Virus record (IMG/VR): IMGVR_UViG_3300009285_001653
Coordinates: 43 to 64,042 of that record
Direction: 5' to 3' (one strand)
Origin: a virus
Lineage: Duplodnaviria; Caudoviricetes
DNA: 64,000 bases
Shown: positions 16,170 to 26,552 of the stretch, in pieces
How the letters are laid out: every line of letters starts with the position of its first letter
Numbering within the stretch: position 1 is the first letter of the stretch
Program-made: the position numbers and the translations under genes
The notes under the pieces: generated by a model
Databases searched by the model: none
Told to the model about the DNA's origin: nothing
What the model saw: only the letters and a program-made list of their open reading frames with translations

Positions 16170-18347
16170 ATGACAGATTGGACTAAACAAGCTCTTACTA
16201 TCTTAGAGGCACGTTATCTCCTGCGGGACGATTCTGGAAAGATAGTAGAAACCCCTGACGAGATGCTATGGCGTGTAGCTAACCATGTTTCTAAAGCCGA
16301 GCTACAGTTTGGGGATAGAGACGCTGTTTATTGGGCTAAGAAGTTTTATAACATCATGGCTAATCTGGAGTTTCTACCTAACTCCCCATGCCTGGCCAAC
16401 GCTGGTAAACCCAACGGCCAACTTTCAGCGTGTTTTGTCTTGCCCATAGAGGACTCTATGGAGGGCATATTTGATGCAGTAAAGAACGCTGCATTGATTC
16501 ATAAGACAGGTGGTGGAACAGGATTTGATTTTAGTAGGTTGAGGCCAAAGGGATCAGTGGTTAAAAGTACCGGGCAGACGGCGTCAGGTCCGGTCGCGTT
16601 TATGGGCGTGTTTGACGCGGCTACGAGAGCTATTAAGCAGGGCGGGATGAGACGTGGCGCAAACATGGGTATTTTACGGGTAGATCACCCCGATGTTATA
16701 GAGTTTATCAATAGCAAGAGGGGTGATGGGGGTATAGGTAATTTTAATATCTCCGTGGCGATCACAGACGATTTCATGGGTGCTCTAAACGGAGATATAG
16801 CCACTATTGCTACTAGCGAAGCGTGCTATATCTGGAAAGAGATATGTCAAGCGGCTTGGGAGACGGGAGATCCGGGAGTTGTATTTATAGATAGGATCAA
16901 TCAAGGCAGGTCTAATCCGATTCCGGACAAGTTTGTGATAGAAAGCACAAATCCATGCGGGGAGCAGCCACTCTATCCTTACGAGAGCTGTATATTGGGG
17001 AGTATAAACCTAGCTAAGTTTATTGGGCCATCATTGGCAGATAAAAACCCAATAGGCGGAGTTATAGACTGGCTAAGGCTCGAAGAAGTAGTACATACAG
17101 CCGTCCGCTTTTTGGATGACGTGATTGACACCAACCACTATCCTCTGCCAGAGATCGAGAAAATGACAAAGGACATAAGACGTATTGGTTTAGGGGTCAT
17201 GGGCTGGGCTGATATGCTCCTCATGCTTAACATAGCTTATGACTCTGAGGAAGCACTAGACCTGGCCCGGAGGGTGATGGGGTTTATTCAGCACGTGGCC
17301 GAATACGCTAGCGAGAAACTCGCAAAAGAACGCAGGACATTTCCTCTGTACTTATGCAGCATATACAAGAGTTTGTCTAGGAGAAATGCGACCTTGACAA
17401 CCATTGCACCAACTGGTACAATTAGCCTTATAGCAGGGTGTAGTTCGGGCATAGAGCCAGTGTTCGCGTGGAAATTAACGCATCACGGGCTAGAAGGTAA
17501 GTTAGAAGATGAGGAGATGGTGCATCCGTTGTTTGCTGCTGCTTTAGCAAGGCGTGATCCGAGTATGGCCACAGTGTACAAGACAGCACACCAGATCAGC
17601 CCAGAGTGGCATATTAGGATGCAAGCAGCATTTCAGCTGCATATAGATAACGCAGTAAGCAAAACGATTAACTTGCCTAGTTCTGCTACGATAACAGATG
17701 TGGACAGAGCATATAGACAGGCGTGGGACATGGGATGTAAGGGGGTAACTGCATATAGAGACGGATCGAAGCAAGGTCAAGTTCTCACGAGTAGTAAAGG
17801 AGAGCAAGATGACAGACACATACCTATTGTGGGGAGCCGAGTTAGCAGTGGTGATATTTCTGGTTCTGATCTTAAGCAGGCCATCAGGCCCAACAGGCTC
17901 CCGTCCGTAACCATCAAGCAGCATACGCCATTTGGTAATGCTTACATAACTATAAGTGAAATTGCAGAAAGCCAGCCGTTCGAGGTGTTTATTACTATTG
18001 GTAAGGCTGGAAGTGATGTTCAAGCGATGAGCGAGGCGTTGGGTAGAGTAATAAGCCAGACGCTCAGACATTCTAGCAGCAGAAGGAGTACACTTGTACA
18101 GATATGTGGACAGTTGAATGGGATTGGCGGGAGTATGAGCGACGGTCTAGGGGAAGATAAGGTGAAGAGTGTGCCAGACGCAATATCCAAAGCATTAGGA
18201 GAATATATCATTTCTACTTCACCAATACCAATACGAGTAGACAAGTCTGAAATATCGTATAGCTTTTGTCCTGACTGTGGTCAGATAAGCGTCATACACC
18301 AAGCAGGATGTGAAGAGTGTGTAGAGTGCGGGTATTCTAGGTGTTGA
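16170..18347 (+). CDS. nrdJ: Adenosylcobalamin-dependent class II ribonucleotide reductase with C-terminal TSCPD and Zn-ribbon region
   Basis: PNSP, QLSACF, TNPCGEQPL, TIAPTGT, KGVTAYRDGS; C-terminal CPDCG...GCEECVECGYSRC. Confidence 0.95.
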   Translation: MTDWTKQALTILEARYLLRDDSGKIVETPDEMLWRVANHVSKAELQFGDRDAVYWAKKFYNIMANLEFLPNSPCLANAGKPNGQLSACFVLPIEDSMEGIFDAVKNAALIHKTGGGTGFDFSRLRPKGSVVKSTGQTASGPVAFMGVFDAATRAIKQGGMRRGANMGILRVDHPDVIEFINSKRGDGGIGNFNISVAITDDFMGALNGDIATIATSEACYIWKEICQAAWETGDPGVVFIDRINQGRSNPIPDKFVIESTNPCGEQPLYPYESCILGSINLAKFIGPSLADKNPIGGVIDWLRLEEVVHTAVRFLDDVIDTNHYPLPEIEKMTKDIRRIGLGVMGWADMLLMLNIAYDSEEALDLARRVMGFIQHVAEYASEKLAKERRTFPLYLCSIYKSLSRRNATLTTIAPTGTISLIAGCSSGIEPVFAWKLTHHGLEGKLEDEEMVHPLFAAALARRDPSMATVYKTAHQISPEWHIRMQAAFQLHIDNAVSKTINLPSSATITDVDRAYRQAWDMGCKGVTAYRDGSKQGQVLTSSKGEQDDRHIPIVGSRVSSGDISGSDLKQAIRPNRLPSVTIKQHTPFGNAYITISEIAESQPFEVFITIGKAGSDVQAMSEALGRVISQTLRHSSSRRSTLVQICGQLNGIGGSMSDGLGEDKVKSVPDAISKALGEYIISTSPIPIRVDKSEISYSFCPDCGQISVIHQAGCEECVECGYSRC

Positions 18348-18628
18348 GTTACACTTGAAGGTAGGCCAAAGGCATACCAAGTAGGAGAGTAGAGTATGAG
18401 GGGAATTAGAGGCTGTAATTATCTTCTAAGATCAGAGTGTAAGAAGGGGCCTATGGACATAATGCCATATATCCATCAGCGTTATTGCTCGTTGGATAAG
18501 AAGCATGGGGGGAACCATCGCGTCACTATACAATGTGGAGGAGTACATAGAGCGTTAGGAGAAGGGTTCGAGGTACTAGATGAGCAGACAGAAGATCAGA
18601 AGGATAGGGAGGGCAAGGAGGATTTGCT

Positions 18629-19432
18629 ATGATGAACTATCCAGAAAGAGAGCTCTCGCCACAGGAGATCGAGAAGATTGTTGCGGAGACAGCCCAGATA
18701 CGCATAGAGACCAGCTTAGCAGTAAGGAAGGTAGAGGCAGAGATAGCATTACTAACCGCCCAGAAATTAAGTGAGGAAACATCTGCGGCTAAAACAGCTA
18801 TAGATGTACGATACGGGATTGCTGTGGCAGAAACGCAGGAACAAAATGTAAGGATGGGTCGGAAACAGGAACAAGAGATAGATGCGTCTGATCGCTACCA
18901 TCATATCTACCGTTTCACGGAAGAGATCAGTCCACAAAGCACCCGTCTTTGTATGGAGAGGCTGGCTTACTGGGATAGAACATATCCAGGATGTGATATA
19001 GAGATTAGCTTCTCCTCTTCTGGCGGAGGAGTCATAGAAGGATTAGCACTATTTGACTACATACTCTATATTAGGAGCCTGGGCCATAGGGTAACTACCT
19101 CTGCTTTGGGTGTTGCGGCCTCTATGGCTGGGATCTTGTTACAAGCAGGCGATGTACGAGTTATGCACAAGGAGGCCTGGGTAGCGATACATGAGATCAG
19201 CTTCGGAGCTACGGGGACCCCTGGACAAGTAGAAGACACAACAGAATGGATCAAGAAAATACAAAATAGGACTGTCAAGATATTCGTAGACAGGTCGGTG
19301 GGAGCGAAGGAAGCGGGTACTGCCAAGACAGCCTTAACCGCTGCTTATGTAAAGAGTCATTGGTCAAGGAAAGATTGGTGGTTGAGCTCGGACGAGTGTT
19401 TATCTCTTGGGATAGTTGATATAGTAAGGTAA
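18629..19432 (+). CDS. clpP: ClpP-family serine protease with an N-terminal helical extension
   Basis: SSGGGV, AASMA (catalytic Ser), IHE (His), DWWLS..E....GIVD. Confidence 0.85.
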   Translation: MMNYPERELSPQEIEKIVAETAQIRIETSLAVRKVEAEIALLTAQKLSEETSAAKTAIDVRYGIAVAETQEQNVRMGRKQEQEIDASDRYHHIYRFTEEISPQSTRLCMERLAYWDRTYPGCDIEISFSSSGGGVIEGLALFDYILYIRSLGHRVTTSALGVAASMAGILLQAGDVRVMHKEAWVAIHEISFGATGTPGQVEDTTEWIKKIQNRTVKIFVDRSVGAKEAGTAKTALTAAYVKSHWSRKDWWLSSDECLSLGIVDIVR

Positions 19433-19445
19433 TAGGAGGAGAGTC

Positions 19446-20375
19446 ATGAATAGTTGGCACAGTTACCCAGAGGTGTTTGCTTTAGGACATAGGGCTGTAG
19501 AGGGTTTGTTAGGCGTGGATTTACTCATGGAAGAGAAGGTAGATGGGAGCCAGTTCAGCTTCGGCTACGATGATGAGAAAGCGGTTCTGAGGTTCAGGTC
19601 CAAAAACCAAGAAATCCATCAAGAAGATCCACCAAATATGTTTGCGAAAGCAGTAGATTTCGTGAAGAGTATACAGGATCAGCTGCATCCTGGGTGGACA
19701 TATAGAGGAGAATGTTTAGACGAGCCTAAGCACAACGCTTTACAGTATAGTAGGGTTCCTGTGGGCAATGTGATTTTGTTTGATGTAAGCATTGGGAACA
19801 ATTACTATCTCCCGTACCAGGAAAAACAAGAAGAGGCAGCGCGTCTTGGATTAGATTGGGTGCCGGCTTTGGGCGTCTGGGAACCCTCTGAGGGCAGAGA
19901 CGTTCTGTTAGAGAGAATTAAAGGTCTGCTCGACAGAGAATCTGTTTTAGGGGGGACTAAGATAGAAGGCGTGGTACTAAAGCCGCTCGGCTATAATCTG
20001 TTCGGAAGAGATAAGAAGGTGCTGATGGGCAAGTTCGTCTCGGAGGCATATAAAGAAGTACATAGATCAGCGTGGGGGGAGGCTAATCCAGGTGGTAAGG
20101 ATATTGTTCGTACTCTGATTACGATGTACAAGACAGAGGCGAGGTGGCAGAAAGCTATACAGCACATGGAGGAGGCTGGTATATTACAACACGCTCCCCA
20201 GGACATCGGGCCTCTGCTAGAAGAGATTACTCTGGATGTGAAAAAGGAAGAAGAGGGAGAGATTAAGCAAGTGCTATTCTCGTGGGCCTGGCCACAGATA
20301 CATCGAGCAATTACAGCGGGGTTTCCTCAGTGGTATAAGGAGCGGATAATGAAGGAACAGCTAGAGGAGATATAA
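19446..20375 (+). CDS. RNA ligase (Rnl2-like nucleotidyltransferase)
   Basis: Motif I EEKVDGSQ, motif III GE, IIIa FDV, IV EGVVLK, V K. Confidence 0.8.
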   Translation: MNSWHSYPEVFALGHRAVEGLLGVDLLMEEKVDGSQFSFGYDDEKAVLRFRSKNQEIHQEDPPNMFAKAVDFVKSIQDQLHPGWTYRGECLDEPKHNALQYSRVPVGNVILFDVSIGNNYYLPYQEKQEEAARLGLDWVPALGVWEPSEGRDVLLERIKGLLDRESVLGGTKIEGVVLKPLGYNLFGRDKKVLMGKFVSEAYKEVHRSAWGEANPGGKDIVRTLITMYKTEARWQKAIQHMEEAGILQHAPQDIGPLLEEITLDVKKEEEGEIKQVLFSWAWPQIHRAITAGFPQWYKERIMKEQLEEI

Positions 20376-20404
20376 GGCTATAAATGGTTTAAGGTGGTAT
20401 CACA

Positions 20405-22690
20405 TTGGGAATAATAACTCCTAGATCGCTCGGCCTCAAACACGATTCCTGGCGTCCCGGTCAGTGGGAAACTATACAGCAGATCGAGCAGGCACAAGAA
20501 CCGGTCATAATTATAGAAGCCCCTACAGGGTCAGGAAAGAGCGAGATCGCTCTTGGTACTGCTAGACATAGCCTAGACCGAACTATGACTCTCACCCATA
20601 CCAAGTCTCTGCAAGACCAATATATGAGTGAGGGAGGGGATCTTATAGTAAAGATGATGGGCAGGGCCAACTATCCCTGTGTCAATCGAATAGGAGATGC
20701 TGAAGAAAGAGAGCTGGCAGAGTTACTGGGTGAGATAGAGTGTGGTTGTACGAGTAGGGATGACTGTCCCTATCAGCAAGCAAAAAAGAGGGCTATGGAA
20801 CGCCCACTCGTGTCGCTTAACTATGCATACTGGTTGCCAGAAGCGTCATACGTTGGTGGGTTCAAGGGCGCGGATTATTTGTTCGCTGATGAGGGACACC
20901 TACTTGATAATGTTCTAGTGGACTTTGCTTCCCTATCCATTAGTAAAAGAATGTCTGCTATGATCGAGAAGTTGGGAGTGAACATGCCTCGTGACCTCGA
21001 TAACATACAGAGGTGGATAGAGTACGGGGTAAAGGCTAGAGAGAAGGCGGCGGATGCGGTTAGCGAGACTAGCGGACATGCTCAGGAAGTATGGAAGAAG
21101 AGAGTTAAGTTCCTCACCAAGATAGCCCAGTTGGACCCAGGACATGAGAGATGGATAGTTGAAGAAGATGGTGGTGGGATGAGTATAGGGCCGGTTTGGG
21201 CACCTAGTATACAACAGACTATACTGACAAAGACTAAAAAACTTGTCATAATGAGTGCGACTATCTTGGATCACAAGTTCTTTGCTCAGTTGATGGGGTT
21301 AGATGGAAATGAGTACCGGTTCATAAAGCTGCCGTGGACGTTCCCTGTAGATAGTAGGCCAATTTACTACAGGCCAGTAGCAGAGGTGACTAGAGAGACA
21401 CAGGCGGACGCTGCTCCATCACTAGCTGCCGCTTGTGATTATGTCCTAGAAAAGAGAACTACAGATAAAGGTGTAATACATACTAGATCATTCACACTAG
21501 GCAACCTCGTCTATCCTCATATCAAGAACAAGGACAGGATATTGTTTCATACTAGGGGCGTGGATAGGGGAGAGATCATCAAGAGGTTCAAGGAAGATAG
21601 GACTAATTTGTGGTTGATGAGTCCTAGCGTAAGCCACGGAGAGGACTTCGCCCATGATATTGCCAGAGTTCAGATACTATTGAAGATGCCTCTACCTGAT
21701 AGGAGCAATAGGAGAGTGAGAATTAGGTCGAAGCAGAGACCATACTGGTACTATTATGCAGCGGCTCAAGACCTAATACAGACATTGGGGCGGGTAACAA
21801 GAGATAGTCAAGACTATGGAGAATGTGTGGTGGTGGGGACAAAAGTTCTGACTGCTGATCTAAGATGGCTAAGTGTCGAAGAGTTAGTGGTGGGGGATAA
21901 GGTACTATCCTTCGACGATCATACTGGAGGACGAGGCACAGCAAGACGGTGGCGTGTTGGAACTGTAGAACAAGCGGCTAAGATAGTACGTCCTTGCTAC
22001 ACAACTATATTAGAGGATGGTACAGAGTTGACAGCCAGTACATCTCATAAATGGCTGACACGTGGCTATAACAATGTAACAGGCTGGAGAAGAGCGGATG
22101 AGTTACTTGGACAAGGTAGAGGAAACATACGTGTATTTAAGTACCTTAACGTATGGGAGGAAGGCCTTGACTATAAACACGGCTGGCTGGGAGGGTTTTT
22201 CGATGGAGAAGGCACTATAAGCCTAGACCAAGGCCTAAGAAATCCTAAAGTGATGGTCATAAGTGCGGCGCAGCGCGTTTCTCCTACAGCAGATAGGGCA
22301 CTTAACTATCTATCAGACACAAGGTTTACCTATACTACTAGGCTACTCGTACATGGAGGTTTGGGGAAACATAAGCTACTATCTATGAGAATCACTGGAG
22401 GATTTAGAGAAGGACTTAGGTTCTTAGGACAGTGTAGACCAGGCAGATTGATAGATAAGCTAGTAAGTAGTGGTTATGGTAACAGAATGTCTGCGTACAA
22501 AGCACTGAGAGTAAAAGATATAGTTGATGCCGGAGATCGAGAAGTGGTATCATTGAAGGTAGATGTCGGTACTTATGTAGCAGAGGGGTTTGGATCACAT
22601 AACTCATGGATCTTTGATGGTAAGATGGAGATGTTCTTGGGTAGATATAGGCAGCTAATGCCCAAAGAGATTTTGGAGGCTATGGTATGA
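20405..22690 (+). CDS. DinG/XPD-like SF2 helicase containing an intein
   Basis: APTGSGKS, DEGH, MSAT, QTLGRVTR; Cys cluster compatible with an Fe-S site. Confidence 0.9.
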   Translation: MGIITPRSLGLKHDSWRPGQWETIQQIEQAQEPVIIIEAPTGSGKSEIALGTARHSLDRTMTLTHTKSLQDQYMSEGGDLIVKMMGRANYPCVNRIGDAEERELAELLGEIECGCTSRDDCPYQQAKKRAMERPLVSLNYAYWLPEASYVGGFKGADYLFADEGHLLDNVLVDFASLSISKRMSAMIEKLGVNMPRDLDNIQRWIEYGVKAREKAADAVSETSGHAQEVWKKRVKFLTKIAQLDPGHERWIVEEDGGGMSIGPVWAPSIQQTILTKTKKLVIMSATILDHKFFAQLMGLDGNEYRFIKLPWTFPVDSRPIYYRPVAEVTRETQADAAPSLAAACDYVLEKRTTDKGVIHTRSFTLGNLVYPHIKNKDRILFHTRGVDRGEIIKRFKEDRTNLWLMSPSVSHGEDFAHDIARVQILLKMPLPDRSNRRVRIRSKQRPYWYYYAAAQDLIQTLGRVTRDSQDYGECVVVGTKVLTADLRWLSVEELVVGDKVLSFDDHTGGRGTARRWRVGTVEQAAKIVRPCYTTILEDGTELTASTSHKWLTRGYNNVTGWRRADELLGQGRGNIRVFKYLNVWEEGLDYKHGWLGGFFDGEGTISLDQGLRNPKVMVISAAQRVSPTADRALNYLSDTRFTYTTRLLVHGGLGKHKLLSMRITGGFREGLRFLGQCRPGRLIDKLVSSGYGNRMSAYKALRVKDIVDAGDREVVSLKVDVGTYVAEGFGSHNSWIFDGKMEMFLGRYRQLMPKEILEAMV
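21824..22603 (+). mobile_element. Intein (260 aa) with a LAGLIDADG homing endonuclease
   Basis: Starts CVVVGTKVLT; block B H in TSHKW; LGGFFDGEG; ends GFGSHN followed by Ser. Confidence 0.92.
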
Positions 22691-23055
22691 GTAAAACTAT
22701 GAAATATATGAAAGAAATAGTGGTGCTATTCTTAGTCCCATTGGTGGTTATAGTGGGTATTGCAGGTGCGGCTATACGCACCTATAACAACAGTGGTGTA
22801 AAGCTGTCGTGCGAGCCTGGCATAGTTCTTGGCTACATTTCCACGTCTCAGGCAGCAATCTACGATGCGTATAAGGGCTATCAAGGAGCGTTTGGCCCAT
22901 ATAACAAGTCTTATGTAGTAGTGAGGGGGGAAAGCGGCACAGAGAAGCTGTATGAAGTGGGTTGGAAGAATGGTTGGAGTGGGCCCGAAACTATAAGTAC
23001 AGCCTGGTTATGCGTCAACGACGCAACTAACCCGTTAAACCAGAAGGGTGTGTAG
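22687..23055 (+). CDS. Membrane-anchored hypothetical protein
   Basis: N-terminal hydrophobic helix. Confidence 0.55.
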   Translation: MSKTMKYMKEIVVLFLVPLVVIVGIAGAAIRTYNNSGVKLSCEPGIVLGYISTSQAAIYDAYKGYQGAFGPYNKSYVVVRGESGTEKLYEVGWKNGWSGPETISTAWLCVNDATNPLNQKGV

Positions 23056-23061
23056 CCAATT

Positions 23062-23310
23062 ATGACTATTAGAGAACTTCTGGAGCAATATAAGTGGATG
23101 TTTGGAGACTGGAGAGATATGGATGACCAGGAGTTCTTCGAGTTAGTCCAAGAGCTTATAAACAAACACTTCTGGATAATTGAAGAGGATAGCCCAGAAT
23201 CCTCTAGGTACTATAGTCTAAGAGAGGCGAGTGATGCAGGATATGGTATAAGGGATTTCCACAAACCAGGAGGATGTTTAGGTAGACAATCAGGAGGGAG
23301 TATGGTATAA
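23062..23310 (+). CDS. Hypothetical protein
   Basis: ORF within the operon. Confidence 0.5.
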   Translation: MTIRELLEQYKWMFGDWRDMDDQEFFELVQELINKHFWIIEEDSPESSRYYSLREASDAGYGIRDFHKPGGCLGRQSGGSMV

Positions 23311-23311
23311 T
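23283..23311 (+). promoter_or_regulatory. Promoter TAGACA-17-TATAAT with extended TG
   Basis: Upstream of ORF 23360. Confidence 0.65.
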
Positions 23312-23359
23312 TAGGGATACAACGGACGGGTTTAGTAGTTTCCTAAGAGGAGGAAAAGG

Positions 23360-24205
23360 ATGACACAACTGAATAACTATGATGAAGAGTTTGGCCTAAT
23401 TGGACAGACTCCTCGGCTAGCACCCAGCGCGTTCGACGATTTCTGGGCGACTATCACAGACATGGCTCATGTAACAGGCGAGGACGAGGAGAGGCATGAG
23501 TTCTACCGTCAGATCGAGTTTACTCTCCGCTTCGATAGTCCCATCGGTGATGTAGCCGATACGCCAGAACGGTTCAACATGCCGACGGATCGTAAGACTG
23601 GTGGGTCTCTGGTAGACGAGACAGGGAAACCTGTACTGCCTAGCGAAACAGGCAAGTGGGGTAGGTTCTATGCCGTACTAGATACTCTTGGCGTGCCGTG
23701 GGAGCATAAGCCTAGTAGACTACTTGGTCTCCACGCCCACTTCCAGCGCAAAGGCACAAGAGTGACCAGGGAAGATATAGCAGCTGGTAAGAGAGCTGCT
23801 AGAGGTGAGCTGCCTTATGGACGGTACGTGGTAGAGTGGGACGGGTACGATAATGCCTTTAGGCAGAGCCGCGGGTTGAGTTCTATCACGGAGACGGCTG
23901 CTGCTACTACACCGCCTGCAAGTAATCCTGCAAGTGATATAGCTCCTGGTGTGGTTCACGTTGGTACTGTCCAAGAAGCTCCTGTGCTAACAGCTTCGTC
24001 TGAGGATCCGCTAGAGGTCCAAGCAGCCATCCTCGCTGCTGGTAAGGACTTCTTCAAGGTCCTGGGAGCGATTAGAACCAGTCATAAGCATCTAGCGCCG
24101 TATGCAAATAAGGGCGCGTTGGACAAACTTGTGGATGATGGGCTACTAGCGAAAGAGACCGTTGATGGGAAAGAGGTCTATAAGCTGGGGCCTGCATTAG
24201 CTTAG
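23360..24205 (+). CDS. Putative single-stranded DNA-binding protein
   Basis: Position at the head of the recombination module and an Ala/Pro-rich linker; function is an inference. Confidence 0.4.
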   Translation: MTQLNNYDEEFGLIGQTPRLAPSAFDDFWATITDMAHVTGEDEERHEFYRQIEFTLRFDSPIGDVADTPERFNMPTDRKTGGSLVDETGKPVLPSETGKWGRFYAVLDTLGVPWEHKPSRLLGLHAHFQRKGTRVTREDIAAGKRAARGELPYGRYVVEWDGYDNAFRQSRGLSSITETAAATTPPASNPASDIAPGVVHVGTVQEAPVLTASSEDPLEVQAAILAAGKDFFKVLGAIRTSHKHLAPYANKGALDKLVDDGLLAKETVDGKEVYKLGPALA

Positions 24206-24212
24206 GGTTTCA

Positions 24213-24281
24213 GTCTCCGAAGGTGTAAAGTGCATTGCAGCCTGGCTGTAGGGCAAGTGCGATTCTTGTAGGAGACAACCA
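24213..24281 (+). tRNA. Degenerate tRNA-like element
   Basis: Acceptor GTCTCC/GGAGAC; T-arm GCAAG-TGCGATT-CTTGT; shortened anticodon arm with CTG; ACCA 3' end. Confidence 0.45.
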
Positions 24282-24302
24282 ATACTAAGAAGGGAGGAAG
24301 AT

Positions 24303-24554
24303 ATGGATTTTAGTCCAACACCAAAGCACCTGGCAGGTGTAAAGCAGGTCATGGATATGCTGGTGCCAGACTATCTGGAAAGAATACCAGGCGAACACTT
24401 GCACGATTATGCAAGTATCTGTGCCCAAATCAATAACCTACATTGGCAGATGGATGCGGTGGATGTAGCACGAGAGGAACATGCTAAAGAGGACGCTGCA
24501 TCCAAGGTTCAGAGTCCTCTGCTACAGTTGAGACGCGATAGCAATCCAGCCTAG
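24303..24554 (+). CDS. Hypothetical protein
   Basis: GGAGG RBS. Confidence 0.6.
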   Translation: MDFSPTPKHLAGVKQVMDMLVPDYLERIPGEHLHDYASICAQINNLHWQMDAVDVAREEHAKEDAASKVQSPLLQLRRDSNPA

Positions 24555-24571
24555 AGAAGGAGGGTAGAAGA

Positions 24572-25714
24572 GTGGGTGAGACGCTTACGGATAAATACAT
24601 AGGAGGGTTAAGATGTTCTGGTCTAGGTTATTGTCCTAAGCGTCTTGCTGCTCCGTTTCTACAAGACTGCGACGCGGGAGAATCTTCTAACACGCCGGCC
24701 GATAGTCCACGCTTCCGAGATGGTCATTGGCACGAGTACGATGTTAAGACTAGACTACTACGGGATAATGTTCGCTTCGAGAGCGGTATCAAGACGGTTA
24801 CGAAGGTCAACTTTCGTCTAAATAGCACTATACTCGTGCCAGGCCACTTGGACGGTGTTATTCAGGTTGATGGCACAAGCTCACTAGCACCCCCAGGACG
24901 GTGGCTGCTCGAGGCTAAGAGTATGAATGATGGGCTTTATTGGAAGTTGCTCAAACAGGGCTATCAAGAAGGGTTTCCTAGCTACTATGACCAGATACAA
25001 GCCTACTTGAGCGGAGAGTACCACGAGCAGATGCTTATGCCAAATGACGTTGACAATCCAGCCTCTCCACTATATGCGCTGCTTGACTACACTGAAGAAG
25101 AGACTATGCGCCAGTTGCCGGCTATGGGGCTGGTTGTGGCAAAGAACAAAGGCAGCGGACAGTTGAAGGTCCTACCTATTATAACCGATGACAGCTATGC
25201 TGATGGGCTAAGGAGACGGTGGTTGGCAGCGATTGAATCAGTAGATCAACTAAGGTGGCCGGAACGCCTCTACGAATCTCCCGATAATTATGAGTGTAGA
25301 AGTTGCCCCATAGGAGAGGTGTGTTGGGGCGAGGTTGTGGGTGTACCTGCGATAGTAGTTCCCCCTACACCAGACCAAGAAGCCGCCGCAAAAATGTACC
25401 AGTTTGGCAAGACACTGGGTAAGTTTGCTGAACAGCTTCAGGACGCAAGCAGACCAGCCCTTGAACCTGATGATCCTGGAAAGTTGGTGATAGGGCCTAT
25501 ACGTCTCAACAAATATTCTTATAAGCGTGTGTTTTGGAACCATAGCCTAATAGAGAGAATGTTAAGCCCAGAGCAAGTCCAGATGGTCAAGATAGAGAAG
25601 GATGGGGTTGCTACTAGGATTGATGTTAAGGAGATGCTCAAAGAGGAGTTTACAGAAGCGGTGAGAGTGTTGTTAGAAAGGCCAGAAGCAGTAAAGATGC
25701 TAGAGGAGGGATAA
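24572..25714 (+). CDS. Cas4-like PD-(D/E)XK exonuclease
   Basis: YCPKR, GHLDG, LEAKS, QIQAY and CRSCPxxxxC (four Cys). Confidence 0.85.
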   Translation: MGETLTDKYIGGLRCSGLGYCPKRLAAPFLQDCDAGESSNTPADSPRFRDGHWHEYDVKTRLLRDNVRFESGIKTVTKVNFRLNSTILVPGHLDGVIQVDGTSSLAPPGRWLLEAKSMNDGLYWKLLKQGYQEGFPSYYDQIQAYLSGEYHEQMLMPNDVDNPASPLYALLDYTEEETMRQLPAMGLVVAKNKGSGQLKVLPIITDDSYADGLRRRWLAAIESVDQLRWPERLYESPDNYECRSCPIGEVCWGEVVGVPAIVVPPTPDQEAAAKMYQFGKTLGKFAEQLQDASRPALEPDDPGKLVIGPIRLNKYSYKRVFWNHSLIERMLSPEQVQMVKIEKDGVATRIDVKEMLKEEFTEAVRVLLERPEAVKMLEEG

Positions 25715-25715
25715 G

Positions 25716-26552
25716 ATGAGTAGGGAACGGATTCTAGTAACAGGAGATACAGGTAGTGGGAAGACCAGACTGCTCTTTGAGATGGCGGTTGAGGCGCTAA
25801 AGAAAGGCCATAATGTATTCCTTCAGTCGTTTGATGGTGGACATCTACGCTTTTTAAGAAGGGTAAGGGGGTGGGAGGATAAGAGTTTCTTTGTATTTGA
25901 CTGTCCTAATTGGTCGTCTGCAAGGCAGGCGTATAAGGACATGAAACCACTGTGGCAACCCGGTGATTGGGTCATGCAGGACAGGGTAGACATGGTATGG
26001 GATTTTGTGCGAGAGTATTGGGCTACCGCAAAGTTTGGCGTAACTGATGACGAGCTAGATGACTACTTCGCCCAAAAGAGGCTTAGAAATCTGGATGAGG
26101 CTAAGAAGCTCCCCACTCAAGAAGCGGACAAGATCAAAAACGCGCTCACTGTAGAAGAGCTCTCGACAATGGACTGGGATATTATTAAGGGATTGTTGAG
26201 GAGTATCGTGTTTGACCCGACTGGTGGGACTGATGCTCGTATGATGCAGGTAAACGTTATAGCTACAGAGCTAGCGTTGCCTGGGATTAGCAGATTTACT
26301 ACTAGAGATAGGGAAAGCGAGGCTAGCAAGAACGACCCTAGGAAAATTAGAGAGCACTCCTATACTATTCAGGGGGAGAAGAATGTTCAGAGCTGGTATG
26401 ATACGGTACTGTTACTGAAGTATGGTATGAAGGGTTATACGGTTTCTACGCTCAAGGACAGAGAGAGGCCAGGAATGTTCGAGGAAGTAGTGTCTGAGGA
26501 GCTGGGATTCTTGGGCACCTATCAAAGCGTTATTAGAGAGGAGATCGTATGA
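25716..26552 (+). CDS. AAA/RecA-like ATPase (Sak4-like recombinase)
   Basis: Walker A GDTGSGKT; adjacent to the exonuclease. Confidence 0.7.
   Translation: MSRERILVTGDTGSGKTRLLFEMAVEALKKGHNVFLQSFDGGHLRFLRRVRGWEDKSFFVFDCPNWSSARQAYKDMKPLWQPGDWVMQDRVDMVWDFVREYWATAKFGVTDDELDDYFAQKRLRNLDEAKKLPTQEADKIKNALTVEELSTMDWDIIKGLLRSIVFDPTGGTDARMMQVNVIATELALPGISRFTTRDRESEASKNDPRKIREHSYTIQGEKNVQSWYDTVLLLKYGMKGYTVSTLKDRERPGMFEEVVSEELGFLGTYQSVIREEIV

Noticed and set aside
24572-25714. Cas4-like gene as evidence of a CRISPR-Cas system
   Set aside because: No repeat-spacer array or other cas genes; solo Cas4-like nucleases are common in phage recombination modules
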